IMG/VR virus record: IMGVR_UViG_3300021373_000005
Length of the DNA stretch: 64,000 bases
Strand: one strand, 5' to 3'
From: a virus
The notes beneath the pieces were generated by a model. That model searched no databases. It worked only from the letters and a program-made list of their open reading frames with translations, and was not told the origin of the DNA. Both the position numbers and the translations under genes were made by a program. Of the stretch, positions 47,733 to 57,221 are shown piece by piece; position 1 is the first letter of the stretch; each line of letters opens with the position of its first letter.

Positions 47733-48767
47733 ATGCATGATTTACGTCATCACGGATTAGTGCACTATGCATTAAAACGTGGCGGAAGCATCCACCCAAT
47801 CACACTACCCAAAGAGTTAACTGGCGAAACAGGAATAATGAATCCTTCTATCTTTATACATGATGGAAGGATTCTACTCAATATTCGTCATGTTAATTAT
47901 ACGCTTTATCATTCAGAAGGTAAACGTTTTCCTCATACTTGGGGTCCTCTTCAATATCTACATCCTGAAAACGATATTAGTTTAACGACATATAATATTA
48001 TGACGGAGTTAGATAGCGAACTTAATATTCTAAATGCAGGACGTATTAATACATCAGAACTTGATACCGAACCAACATGGAATTTTATCGGACTTGAAGA
48101 TGGTCGTTTATTCTGTTGGGAAGATCGTCTCTTTCTTTGTGGTGTTCGTCGAGATTGTTATGATGATAAAGGAAAGGGTAGAATGGAACTTCAAGAAATA
48201 GAATTTATTGAAGGAGAATGGAAAGAGGTTGCTCGTTTCCCAATACCAGCTCCAGGTGATGATTCAACTTATTGTGAAAAGAATTGGATGCCAATTATTG
48301 ATATGCCTTGGCATTTTGTGAAATGGTGTAATCCTACTGAGGTTGTTAAATTTGATATTGAAAATGGTACAACAGAAACAATACACCACGAAAGAGAAAG
48401 TTATACTGAAATGGTAAGAGACCTCAGAGGAGGTACTCAAGTATATCCTATTGGTGATGGTAAGAGAATTACATTTACTCATGAAGTCGATTTAACAAGA
48501 GATACATTCTCAAGAAAAGATGGACATTATAATCATAGAATAGTTGTATGGGATGAAGATTGGAATCTTATTCATAAGACTCGCGATTTTCATTTTATGG
48601 GTACGCAGATTGACCCAACAACAGGATATGAATATAATATTGAGTTTGCGACAGGAATGACATTCTTGGATGGTAACATTATTATTGCTTTTGGATATCA
48701 AGACAACGGAACGTTTTTATTAAAAATGCCTGAAGATGTATTTTTTGACTTTGTGAGTAGGGGATAG
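47733..48767 (+). CDS. Putative five-bladed beta-propeller glycosidase/phosphorylase (GH130-like superfamily)
   Basis: MNPSIF, GLEDGRLF, EKNWMP and IEFATGM motifs parallel the NP, EDPR, KNW and F..G blades of GH130/GH43-type propellers. Confidence 0.6.
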   Translation: MHDLRHHGLVHYALKRGGSIHPITLPKELTGETGIMNPSIFIHDGRILLNIRHVNYTLYHSEGKRFPHTWGPLQYLHPENDISLTTYNIMTELDSELNILNAGRINTSELDTEPTWNFIGLEDGRLFCWEDRLFLCGVRRDCYDDKGKGRMELQEIEFIEGEWKEVARFPIPAPGDDSTYCEKNWMPIIDMPWHFVKWCNPTEVVKFDIENGTTETIHHERESYTEMVRDLRGGTQVYPIGDGKRITFTHEVDLTRDTFSRKDGHYNHRIVVWDEDWNLIHKTRDFHFMGTQIDPTTGYEYNIEFATGMTFLDGNIIIAFGYQDNGTFLLKMPEDVFFDFVSRG

Positions 48768-48770
48768 ATT

Positions 48771-49994
48771 ATGTTACAACAATTATTAGAAGATCATATA
48801 TTAGACGGAAAGAATCCTCATAAGTGCTATCTTTTAGCAAAAGAATATGACAGGTTAGAGCAAGGAGCTATGGCGGTATCCTTATACTTAAAGGCTGCTG
48901 ATTTGGCTTCATCTGAATTTGTTGATGATAAAGAACTTCAATACAAATGTATGATAGGTATTGGTCGATGTTACGAAAGAAAAAAGGATAGAGGATTTAC
49001 AGTAGAAGGTGCATTCCTTGATGCAGTTGCATTATTACCTACAAGACCTGAAGCTCATTATCATTTATGTAAACATTACGAAGGTAAATCTTTATGGAAA
49101 CATTGTTTAAGTCATGCAGAAATTGCACTCGATGATCCTCACATTGAAGAGAATTGCGAACTGGGTTTTCCTGGATACGAAAACTTATTATATTATCAAG
49201 CGTTAGCAAACTGGTATATTTCAGGGCAACAAAATGCCAAGCAATTATTCTTCAGTTTAAAATACAGACATAAATTGAAACCATCTTTGAGTGAAAGAGT
49301 TGAAAGGATTGTAAATAATATTTGGTATCCTGATGTTATTCCATACACCACAGAAGACTTTGAAAGAATTAAGTTCATATTTCCAAATTTAGAAAGAATT
49401 ATTAGAAATCACTCAAAACATTTTCAAGATATATTTGTTCTATCTGCCTTTCAAGGTAAAAGAAACGGTTCTTATTTAGAAATTGGTTCAGGCGATCCTT
49501 TTGTTCATAATAATACTGCATTACTTGAAACTGAATTTAATTGGAAAGGTATTTCTATTGACAATTCTGAAGCTTTATGTTATAAGTTTAAAGAGATGAG
49601 AAATAATACTGTCATATGTTCAGATGCAACCGCCATTCCTTTTGAAAATATGTTAAATGCTCATTGCATGGATCCTATCATTGATTATTTACAAGTGGAT
49701 TGTGATGAAGTGTCAATTGATATATTACAGAAAATACCATTTAATAGATTTAAGTTTGGAGTTATAACCTTTGAGCACGATTCATATCGTTTAGGTAATG
49801 AAAGAAGAGATACAGCAAGAAAATTATTAAAAGAACAAGGATATGAATTAGTAGTTCCTAATGTTGCTTTTGCTCCAGGACATCCTTATGAAGATTGGTA
49901 TATACACCCCGATGTTGTAGATTTTCCTAAAGAAATGAGAACAGAAAAAGATGTTAATTTTATATGGGATTATTTTATGGAGCCATTAGAATGA
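48771..49994 (+). CDS. TPR domain fused to FkbM-like SAM-dependent methyltransferase
   Basis: N-terminal helical repeats (AVALLPTRPEAHYHLCKHY). C-terminal QDIFVL...GSYLEIGSGDP...NNTALLE...WKGISID...IDYLQVDCD...FGVITFEHD...EDWY, typical of the FkbM/Methyltransf_21 family. Confidence 0.75.
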   Translation: MLQQLLEDHILDGKNPHKCYLLAKEYDRLEQGAMAVSLYLKAADLASSEFVDDKELQYKCMIGIGRCYERKKDRGFTVEGAFLDAVALLPTRPEAHYHLCKHYEGKSLWKHCLSHAEIALDDPHIEENCELGFPGYENLLYYQALANWYISGQQNAKQLFFSLKYRHKLKPSLSERVERIVNNIWYPDVIPYTTEDFERIKFIFPNLERIIRNHSKHFQDIFVLSAFQGKRNGSYLEIGSGDPFVHNNTALLETEFNWKGISIDNSEALCYKFKEMRNNTVICSDATAIPFENMLNAHCMDPIIDYLQVDCDEVSIDILQKIPFNRFKFGVITFEHDSYRLGNERRDTARKLLKEQGYELVVPNVAFAPGHPYEDWYIHPDVVDFPKEMRTEKDVNFIWDYFMEPLE

Positions 49995-50743
49995 TAACTG
50001 TAGTTGCCACTGGTGGATTTGACCCAATACATTCAGGACACATTGAATATTTAAAGGAAGCAAGTTTATGTGGCACTCAATTAGTTGTAGGTGTTAATTC
50101 TGATGCTTGGTTAAAAAGAAAGAAAGGTAGATACTTTATGCCTTTTGAAGAACGAGCAGCAATTGTTAAAGCACTAAGTTGTGTTGATGAAGTCTTATCA
50201 TTTGACGATAAAGATGGAAGCGCCATACACTGTCTAGAACAAGTTAAACTATTATACCCTAATGATACCATTGTATTTGTAAATGGTGGTGATAGAACAT
50301 CAGACAACATACCTGAGATGGCAGTTGAAGGAATTGAATTTCAATTTGGGATTGGTGGAGAAAATAAAAAGAATTCCTCAAGTTGGATATTAAAAGAATG
50401 GTCACAACCTACAGTTAACCGACAATGGGGATCTTATACTGTATTACATACAAACGGTAAATGGCAAGTAAAAGAATTATCTTTTGACCCAGGCAATTCT
50501 TTAAGTGACCAAAGACATGAACATAGGTCAGAACATTGGCACGTGGTTGATGGTGCTATACTTATGGAATTAGATTACGGTATGAGAAAGAAAGAATCTC
50601 GAGTATACTGGGCAGGACAAAGTATTGATATTCCAAAAGGTGTTTGGCACAAAGCAACAAACGTAGGAACAGAACCTGCTAAAGTAATCGAAGTATGGCT
50701 TGGAGATATTTTATCAGAAGACGACATCGAACGCAGAGACTAA
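49991..50743 (+). CDS. Cytidylyl/nucleotidyltransferase (HIGH family) fused to mannose-6-phosphate-isomerase-type cupin
   Basis: Likely start is ATG 49991, overlapping the upstream TGA (the track starts at 49964). TGGFDPIHSGH, LVVGVNSD, ER..IV..L..VDEV and NGGDR motifs; C-terminal RQWGSY...VKEL...PG.SLS.Q.H.HRSEHW.VV.G cupin. Confidence 0.88.
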   Translation: MITVVATGGFDPIHSGHIEYLKEASLCGTQLVVGVNSDAWLKRKKGRYFMPFEERAAIVKALSCVDEVLSFDDKDGSAIHCLEQVKLLYPNDTIVFVNGGDRTSDNIPEMAVEGIEFQFGIGGENKKNSSSWILKEWSQPTVNRQWGSYTVLHTNGKWQVKELSFDPGNSLSDQRHEHRSEHWHVVDGAILMELDYGMRKKESRVYWAGQSIDIPKGVWHKATNVGTEPAKVIEVWLGDILSEDDIERRD

Positions 50744-50745
50744 TG

Positions 50746-50753
50746 TATAAATA
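50746..50753 (+). promoter_or_regulatory. T4 late promoter TATAAATA
   Basis: Exact consensus, intergenic, upstream of the paralogous gene cluster. Confidence 0.75.
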
Positions 50754-50795
50754 AAACTATAATTTAGAATAACTGCTAATAGTCCGGAGACGAAG

Positions 50796-51758
50796 ATGGC
50801 AATCAAAGTAGGCGGTGTATCCGTCATCAATAACAGTTTTGGTCTTGAAAATTTAGAAGGTGCAGATGGTACCTATAATAATTGGCATCCAGACGAAACC
50901 GTATTAACCTCAGCATCAACTTTAAACATCAATTTATTATTACCACACCAAAAGCTTGTGATGGCAAGTAATGTTGCTTTTACTGCTACAAATAAATCAT
51001 TTGGTCGTAATTGTGTTTTAATCTTAGATACTTCAGCAACACCTTACACTCCATCTTTTGATTCTCTTGTAGAATTTCCTGGAGGAGAACCTACATGGAC
51101 CGATCACAGATATTGGAACATTTCCTTTATGTGTTGGAATTCTTCTAATGTAAGAGCAACTGCTCTAGGCTTTGATGCACCAGGAGCAGCATCAGGTTTA
51201 CCTAGCACATTTTCAGAGCACCCATCCTTTACACCAAGAGAAGATGTATGGTCTAGTACTAGTGCTGAATGTTGGGTATCAGTATCTTTTGAACACGAGT
51301 CATCAAATAATAGAATTAAAGTTGGATGGTGGAATGGGAATTCAACCGCTGCAAGTGCTACAGATTATACTTACGTTACTTACACTGGTTTAACTAACAT
51401 TACTTCAGTTCAATATCAATATAATGTAGATTCTCAGTCTACTACCGGTAAAACAACAGGCTATTCCCAAGGGCCAACTCCAGTTGGAGATGGTTTTAAC
51501 CCTGCTACATATTACCCAGCGAATGGTAATGGATCATTTACAAGATTTTGGTGGTATGCAATTGCTGATAATATTAATTCGACAACAACTACGGCCGCAA
51601 ACCTTTCATCTGGGTCAGATCCAGATTTCAGAATAAAAATTGTATGCGACCAAGGAACTCTTTATTCAACTTGTGACATTGACCTTTCTGGTGCAGAAGG
51701 TCCAGGAGTTTTGGGCATTTTCTGTAGAGCACAATACGGAACACAGAAGAGTATATAA
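50796..51758 (+). CDS. Putative adhesin/fibre-tip protein, paralogue A
   Basis: Shares the N-terminal ~125 aa pattern (MAIKV...GxY..(W/F)H....GRxxxLxLDT....PxF...W....EPxW..(R/Q)xW.I...RA.A.G) with 51773 and 53279; its C-terminus is unique. Confidence 0.7.
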   Translation: MAIKVGGVSVINNSFGLENLEGADGTYNNWHPDETVLTSASTLNINLLLPHQKLVMASNVAFTATNKSFGRNCVLILDTSATPYTPSFDSLVEFPGGEPTWTDHRYWNISFMCWNSSNVRATALGFDAPGAASGLPSTFSEHPSFTPREDVWSSTSAECWVSVSFEHESSNNRIKVGWWNGNSTAASATDYTYVTYTGLTNITSVQYQYNVDSQSTTGKTTGYSQGPTPVGDGFNPATYYPANGNGSFTRFWWYAIADNINSTTTTAANLSSGSDPDFRIKIVCDQGTLYSTCDIDLSGAEGPGVLGIFCRAQYGTQKSI

Positions 51759-51772
51759 AGGAGTTATAATCA

Positions 51773-53083
51773 ATGGCAATTAAAACAGGCACAACAACAG
51801 TAATAACAGATGCAAGAGAATTAACAAACATTACGAGTGCATCTGGTGTTTACGATTCATTTCATCCTTTAGCTGAAACTATAACCACTGTTGTAGATAT
51901 GGATAAACCTGTTATGACAGTTGCTTTATCTCAAAATACATCTTTTACAGCAAGTAACTTGGCAACAGGAAGAACATCAGTACTTCTTTTGGACACAGGA
52001 TCTGCTGGTTATACTCCAAGCTTTTCTTCAGCATTTAAATGGCCTAATGATACTGAACCTTCTTGGTCAGGAACAAGATATTGGCAAATTGGTCTTACTG
52101 CTTGGGATAATGCAACAATAAGAGTAATAGCAACTGGTTATGCAGGTGTTGGATCTTTATCTTCATTAGCAGGAACTACAACGACTGAAATAGTTCGTAG
52201 TCCTGATGATCTTGGTAGTAGTGATTTAACAGGACTTGCTACAGGCGGTCTTGCTTCTAATTATGCAACAAATTCTGTAACTTGTGATTGTCATGTAGAA
52301 TATAAAGTATATTTAAGTGGAACTAAAGCTATAACACTCACTGCATCAGATGAAGGCACAGATATGACTGGCAATCTTGCTGGCAATACTTTCGCATATT
52401 GCACCGCTTACCCGCCAGGTTGGACGAGCGGCTCAGCAAATCAGTGGGAGAATAATACTGACACAGTAACAAACGATTACTCAGCTGGAGTTACTGAATG
52501 GCATGAAAGTTGGGATAGTCCGGATGGTGAAGGAGTATATTTTGTAACTTATACAATTAAAAGAGGTGGAGCTACAATATACTCTAGTATTTTATACCCT
52601 GGCAATCCTTATGTTTCCTCAAGTGGATATTCATATCTTAGAGGTACTCTAGTATCGTCATCAGGAAGCATTCAAGGTAATGGAGCCGGTACTGCAACTT
52701 ATCGTTTAACATATACGCCGGCTCCGACAGTAATGTATAAATTTACTGCTACAAATAATGTAACGGGAATCAGAGCAGTTTGGAATTGCACTACCGCGAA
52801 CGATGCATCCGGAGAAGTAGTAGCTTTAAGAACTTTTGACGGTGGTGCGTTTGGTACAGGTACTACTGATTCTGGCTGGAAAACTACATCGGGTGATATG
52901 AGTACTGGCATTACGCTTACTATAAATCATCCAGGGCCAACTGCTTATGATGAGGAGACTCATGTATATCTGACAGTTGGTACATTAAGCATATATGGTA
53001 GGGATGCTAGTTCAACAGATACGTTACTTAAAGAAGTAAAAATACAAAACTATACATCAGCAGCAAGTACGGGGTCACCATAA
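51773..53083 (+). CDS. Putative adhesin/fibre-tip protein, paralogue B
   Basis: Same conserved N-terminal module; longer, Thr/Ser/Gly-rich, divergent C-terminus. Confidence 0.7.
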   Translation: MAIKTGTTTVITDARELTNITSASGVYDSFHPLAETITTVVDMDKPVMTVALSQNTSFTASNLATGRTSVLLLDTGSAGYTPSFSSAFKWPNDTEPSWSGTRYWQIGLTAWDNATIRVIATGYAGVGSLSSLAGTTTTEIVRSPDDLGSSDLTGLATGGLASNYATNSVTCDCHVEYKVYLSGTKAITLTASDEGTDMTGNLAGNTFAYCTAYPPGWTSGSANQWENNTDTVTNDYSAGVTEWHESWDSPDGEGVYFVTYTIKRGGATIYSSILYPGNPYVSSSGYSYLRGTLVSSSGSIQGNGAGTATYRLTYTPAPTVMYKFTATNNVTGIRAVWNCTTANDASGEVVALRTFDGGAFGTGTTDSGWKTTSGDMSTGITLTINHPGPTAYDEETHVYLTVGTLSIYGRDASSTDTLLKEVKIQNYTSAASTGSP

Positions 53084-53289
53084 TGGGAAAGGAAATACGA
53101 GGAACATATTCTCAACCACATAAAGATATCATTGACGGTGATACTATTGTTTATAATATCATTACTAAAGATTCTGAAGGGGAAACTGTATCGGTATGGG
53201 TTCCGAGAACATATTACGCAAATACAGAATTAGACGCTGCGGAGTTAACTGCCGCAAGAAATAGTATAGGAATAACAGATGGCGATTAA
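53083..53289 (+). CDS. Small hypothetical protein
   Basis: 68 aa, start overlaps the upstream stop (TAATG) and the end overlaps the next start. Confidence 0.5.
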   Translation: MGKEIRGTYSQPHKDIIDGDTIVYNIITKDSEGETVSVWVPRTYYANTELDAAELTAARNSIGITDGD

Positions 53290-54106
53290 AGTAAATAATA
53301 CAGTAATGATTAGTGATGGTCAAGAATTAGCAAACGTTACTGGGTGTTCAGGATTGTATGGAAGTTTTCATGGCCAAGCTACAGTAACAACTAGTAACAT
53401 TAACTTTACAACTCCTCTTATGACATGTACAATGTCAGCAGCACAATCGTTTACAGAATCAGGTGGAGCGTCAGGTAGAACATGTACATTACTTTTAGAT
53501 ACATCATCAAACAAATATGCTCCAACATTTTCTTCAAACATAAATTGGGAAGGTGGGTCTGAACCAACTTGGAGCGGATATCAGCATTGGCAAATTACTT
53601 TTACATATGTTGCTTCTAATGATATTCGAGCATCTGCGGTAGGTTATACTGCATCTGCTCCAACAGAATCAGTTGGATTACATGGAACTTCAGGATCTCC
53701 TAATAGCACTGCAACAACATTTGGTTCAGCTACTGACCTTATATGTGGAATGAGATTTACAAGTGGCGGAGATGTTCAAAAATATACTACAGGTGTTGCG
53801 CAAGGTTCAAATACTGGTCTTTGGACTTATAGTACTTCACAATGGAATAACATTGTACCTTCGCAAACGTATTATATAAGAGCTACGAGTCATTCTGGAA
53901 CATCTTTAAATTCAACTTATAGTTCATCAATTAACACTTGGAACGCATTATCATCTAGTCATTATTTTAGATATTTTATTAGCGGCCCAAGTAATAATGT
54001 AGGCTCATTAACTGGAGTTATGAAAATAGAAATTGCATCCGACTCAATCGGTTCAAATATACTTGCTACTGGTTATTACGAATGGGATATGAACGGGACA
54101 GCATAA
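53279..54106 (+). CDS. Putative adhesin/fibre-tip protein, paralogue C
   Basis: Same conserved N-terminal module; C-terminal ~130-aa beta domain (GMRFTSGGDV...YYIRAT...IEIASDSIGSNILATGYY). Confidence 0.7.
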   Translation: MAIKVNNTVMISDGQELANVTGCSGLYGSFHGQATVTTSNINFTTPLMTCTMSAAQSFTESGGASGRTCTLLLDTSSNKYAPTFSSNINWEGGSEPTWSGYQHWQITFTYVASNDIRASAVGYTASAPTESVGLHGTSGSPNSTATTFGSATDLICGMRFTSGGDVQKYTTGVAQGSNTGLWTYSTSQWNNIVPSQTYYIRATSHSGTSLNSTYSSSINTWNALSSSHYFRYFISGPSNNVGSLTGVMKIEIASDSIGSNILATGYYEWDMNGTA

Positions 54107-54116
54107 GAGGATAAAA

Positions 54117-54884
54117 ATGGCATTACCACATACACTTAATGTAATCGCAGGCGGAAAAATAGCCGCAGGCACTGGCGGAGTTGGAGGAAATGAGTACCCA
54201 ACTTCTGGAGAAAATGTATACGACAGAGAAAATCCAAACGATACAGTTGAAGTTGTTATGTTTGCTCTTGGAACAGACGGTGATGCCGCGTCCGCTGATG
54301 CTGACTTGTATTTTGACTTTTTTTATGATACTCTCTTTGGAGGCTTTGTAGTAAGAACAACTGATAATAGTTCAGGTGCTAGCGGAACTAGTAACGCTAC
54401 AGAATCAGAAGAATTTGATTATTTTACAACAGGAGGTACTAGAACTGATATGTTAGGAGGTTCTCGTATTCATTACGCAAACGATTCGGCAGTATCAGGA
54501 GAATCTTATCCTGGCCCAGTTGACTCACTCAGATGGGTTCATTCAGTAACAGATGTTCAAGATATAGGTACCAACACTGAAACATTTACTTTAAGTAGGT
54601 ATCATTTTCAAGGTACAGGAGCTCCTGCGACTATAGGTAGTTATACAGAAGGTTCTTGGTTTAGTGTACATAATGTTGGTGGACAGTCAGGACTTGATGT
54701 TCCAACGGATGGTATAGGACTTAGAGCAAGAATTAGACATGAAGCATCAACATCTGGTAATGCTACTTCAAGATTACACAAAAGACACGTTTTTGAATGT
54801 TGGGCAAGATTATCAGGAAAGGACGACACAAAAGTATTTGAAGCAAAGATAGATATAGCCGCAAGATCTGACTCGACCTTCTAA
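54117..54884 (+). CDS. Hypothetical beta-rich protein
   Basis: 255 aa with GAGGA SD; lacks the shared N-terminal module of its neighbours. Confidence 0.7.
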   Translation: MALPHTLNVIAGGKIAAGTGGVGGNEYPTSGENVYDRENPNDTVEVVMFALGTDGDAASADADLYFDFFYDTLFGGFVVRTTDNSSGASGTSNATESEEFDYFTTGGTRTDMLGGSRIHYANDSAVSGESYPGPVDSLRWVHSVTDVQDIGTNTETFTLSRYHFQGTGAPATIGSYTEGSWFSVHNVGGQSGLDVPTDGIGLRARIRHEASTSGNATSRLHKRHVFECWARLSGKDDTKVFEAKIDIAARSDSTF

Positions 54885-54890
54885 TAAATA
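54882..54890 (+). promoter_or_regulatory. Putative late promoter variant TAATAAATA
   Basis: Overlaps the stop of ORF 54117, upstream of gp13. Confidence 0.55.
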
Positions 54891-54913
54891 ATAAAAATAA
54901 AGAGTAAATTAAA

Positions 54914-55657
54914 ATGGCACAACCAACAACAAGACAAGAATTCAAGGACTGGGTACTTCGCAAGCTCGGAGCTCCTGTCATTGATATTAATGTGTCAGAT
55001 GAACAAGTTGATGATCGTATTGATGAAGCTGTAGATTATTGGAGAGATTATCATTATAATGGAAGTCAGCTTGTTTATATGAAACATCAAATTACTCAAG
55101 AGAATAAAGACAACGGTTATATAGATTTGCCTACAGGGATACTTGGTATTTCTGGAATCTTTAATATGCAGTCAAGTATTTCAACTGGTTCAGGTATCTT
55201 TAATGTTCAGTACCAATTTGTTTTAAACAATCTTGAAGACATCACTGGATATAATATCACAAACTATTATATGTCCATGTCTCATTTAGAGTTCTTACAA
55301 GAAATGCTTGTAGGTAAACCAATGATTCGTTATAATAAACATGTAAATAAATTATTCCTTGACACTGACCCAGGATTACTTGTAGTTGGAGAATATATTA
55401 TTATTGAAGCTTACGATGTAATTGACCCAGCTACATATTCCGATGTTTGGGGAGATCGTTGGTTACAAAATTATGCAACTGCATTAGTTAAAGAACAATG
55501 GGGTGCAAACCTAACTAAGTTTACAGGTATGCAACTTGTAGGCGGTGTAACATTCAATGGAGAACAAATACTTTCCGATGCAAGGGAAGAGAGGAGATTA
55601 ATGGAAGAAGAAGCAGTGAATAATTTACAACCTCTCAGTTACAATTATATTGGATAA
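54914..55657 (+). CDS. gp13: Neck protein, T4 gp13-like
   Basis: LRKLGAPVIDINVSDEQVDDRIDEA, DRWLQNYATALVKEQWGANLTKF and GGVTFNGEQI motifs. Confidence 0.93.
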   Translation: MAQPTTRQEFKDWVLRKLGAPVIDINVSDEQVDDRIDEAVDYWRDYHYNGSQLVYMKHQITQENKDNGYIDLPTGILGISGIFNMQSSISTGSGIFNVQYQFVLNNLEDITGYNITNYYMSMSHLEFLQEMLVGKPMIRYNKHVNKLFLDTDPGLLVVGEYIIIEAYDVIDPATYSDVWGDRWLQNYATALVKEQWGANLTKFTGMQLVGGVTFNGEQILSDAREERRLMEEEAVNNLQPLSYNYIG

Positions 55658-55660
55658 GTA

Positions 55661-56350
55661 ATGGCAACGAACGTATTTTTCAACAATTACTCTAGACTTT
55701 CAGAGCAAGAACTGATTGATGATTTAGTTATTGAATCTATCAGGCAGTATGGTGTTGATGTCATTTATATTAGCAGAGCATTTAAAGGTCGTGATGTAAT
55801 ATTTAATGAAGACGATTTTCCTGAATATAACGAAACTTTTGAGTTCGAGGTTTACGTTAAAAATAACGAAGGATTTGAAGGAGAAGGTGATTTCTTATCC
55901 AAGTTTGGTTTACAAATAAGAGACCAACTAACTCTTACAGTTGCTAATAGAACATTTGAAAGACATGTGACTCGAGAAGTTGTTGAATTGCTTCGTCCGA
56001 GAGAAGGCGATTTAATTTATTTTCCACTCAACGAAAAGATTTTTGAAATTAAGTTTGTTGAACATGAAAGTGTATTTTATCAAACAGGTAAGACACAAGT
56101 ATTTGATATGACATGTGAATTGATAGAATACAGCAATCAAAGGTTTAACACAGGACGAACAGAAATTGACAATTACTTTGCTGATTATAATACCGACATA
56201 ATTGTTGATGCAAATAATGCAACATTAACCGCACTTGCACAAACTGATGATAATGCAGGAAATCTAAACTTTGAATTAGAAGCTGATGGAATTATTGACT
56301 TCTCTGAAGTGGATCCTTTTAGCGAAAACATACAAATAAGTGACTCATAA
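55661..56350 (+). CDS. gp14: Neck/head-completion protein, T4 gp14-like
   Basis: EQELIDDLVIESIRQYGVDVIYISR, GFEGEGDFLSKFGLQIRD, RPREGDLIYFPL and FEIKFVEHE motifs. Confidence 0.93.
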   Translation: MATNVFFNNYSRLSEQELIDDLVIESIRQYGVDVIYISRAFKGRDVIFNEDDFPEYNETFEFEVYVKNNEGFEGEGDFLSKFGLQIRDQLTLTVANRTFERHVTREVVELLRPREGDLIYFPLNEKIFEIKFVEHESVFYQTGKTQVFDMTCELIEYSNQRFNTGRTEIDNYFADYNTDIIVDANNATLTALAQTDDNAGNLNFELEADGIIDFSEVDPFSENIQISDS

Positions 56351-57207
56351 TGGCAATAGCAAATTACTTTTACAATTCGACGATTCGTAAATATGTTGCC
56401 TTATTTGGTACATACTTTAATCAATTAGAAGTTCGTAGAACAAGCACTGATGGTAATTTAAATCAGAGACAGATTGTACCTATCTCTTATGGACCATATC
56501 AAAAGATTTTAGCAAGACTTGACCAAGATCCTGCTATATTAGGTGGTGCAAGTTTTGATGCAAACGGTAATCCAATCGCAGGACAACCTTATGCTATGAC
56601 ACTACCTCGTATGGCTTTTGAGTTAACAAGTTTTACATACGACACCGAAAGAAAAGTTGCACCGACAAGAAAATTAAGAAAGACTGCTGTTGACGAAGAC
56701 AACGGCAATAGAAGATTTGTATATTCTGGGACTCCATATAATATGGGATTCAGTTTATACATAATGGCAAAATATAACGAAGATGCTGTTAAAATATTAG
56801 AACAGATTTTACCGTTCTTTAATCCAGAATTTACAAGCACTGTGAATTTAATTGATGGATTAGAACCGATGGATATACCACTTATATTAAGTGATGTTAC
56901 ATCAGAAGATGTTTACGAAGCAGAATTTACGCAAAGAAGAAGTATACTATATACACTAAACTTTACAATGAAAGGTTGGTTCTTTGGTCCGGAAAGAGAT
57001 AAAGGAACAATCAGATTCGTTGATGTTCGTTATGCAACTGATATAACAGCGAATTCTCCATTTGAAGAATTCCAAACAGGACAACCTGGAATGTTGGCAA
57101 ATAATTCGCCGACTGATGACATTACACAAACCGTTGATTATAGCTTAATTGAATTTGACGACGACTGGGAATATATCGGAACGATATCTGATACAGAACC
57201 TAGTTAA
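56350..57207 (+). CDS. gp15: Tail sheath stabiliser/tail terminator, T4 gp15-like
   Basis: YFYNSTIRKYVALFGTYFN, VPISYGPYQK, LPRMAFE, QILEQILPFFNP-like and YTLNFTMKGWFFGP motifs. Confidence 0.93.
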   Translation: MAIANYFYNSTIRKYVALFGTYFNQLEVRRTSTDGNLNQRQIVPISYGPYQKILARLDQDPAILGGASFDANGNPIAGQPYAMTLPRMAFELTSFTYDTERKVAPTRKLRKTAVDEDNGNRRFVYSGTPYNMGFSLYIMAKYNEDAVKILEQILPFFNPEFTSTVNLIDGLEPMDIPLILSDVTSEDVYEAEFTQRRSILYTLNFTMKGWFFGPERDKGTIRFVDVRYATDITANSPFEEFQTGQPGMLANNSPTDDITQTVDYSLIEFDDDWEYIGTISDTEPS

Positions 57208-57221
57208 GAAGGAATAATATT

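Noticed and set aside
50796-54884. Diversity-generating retroelement or invertible shufflon for the paralogous tip genes
   Set aside because: No reverse transcriptase or recombinase is present, no template/variable repeat pair differing only at adenines is visible, no inverted crossover sites were seen, and all genes share one orientation.
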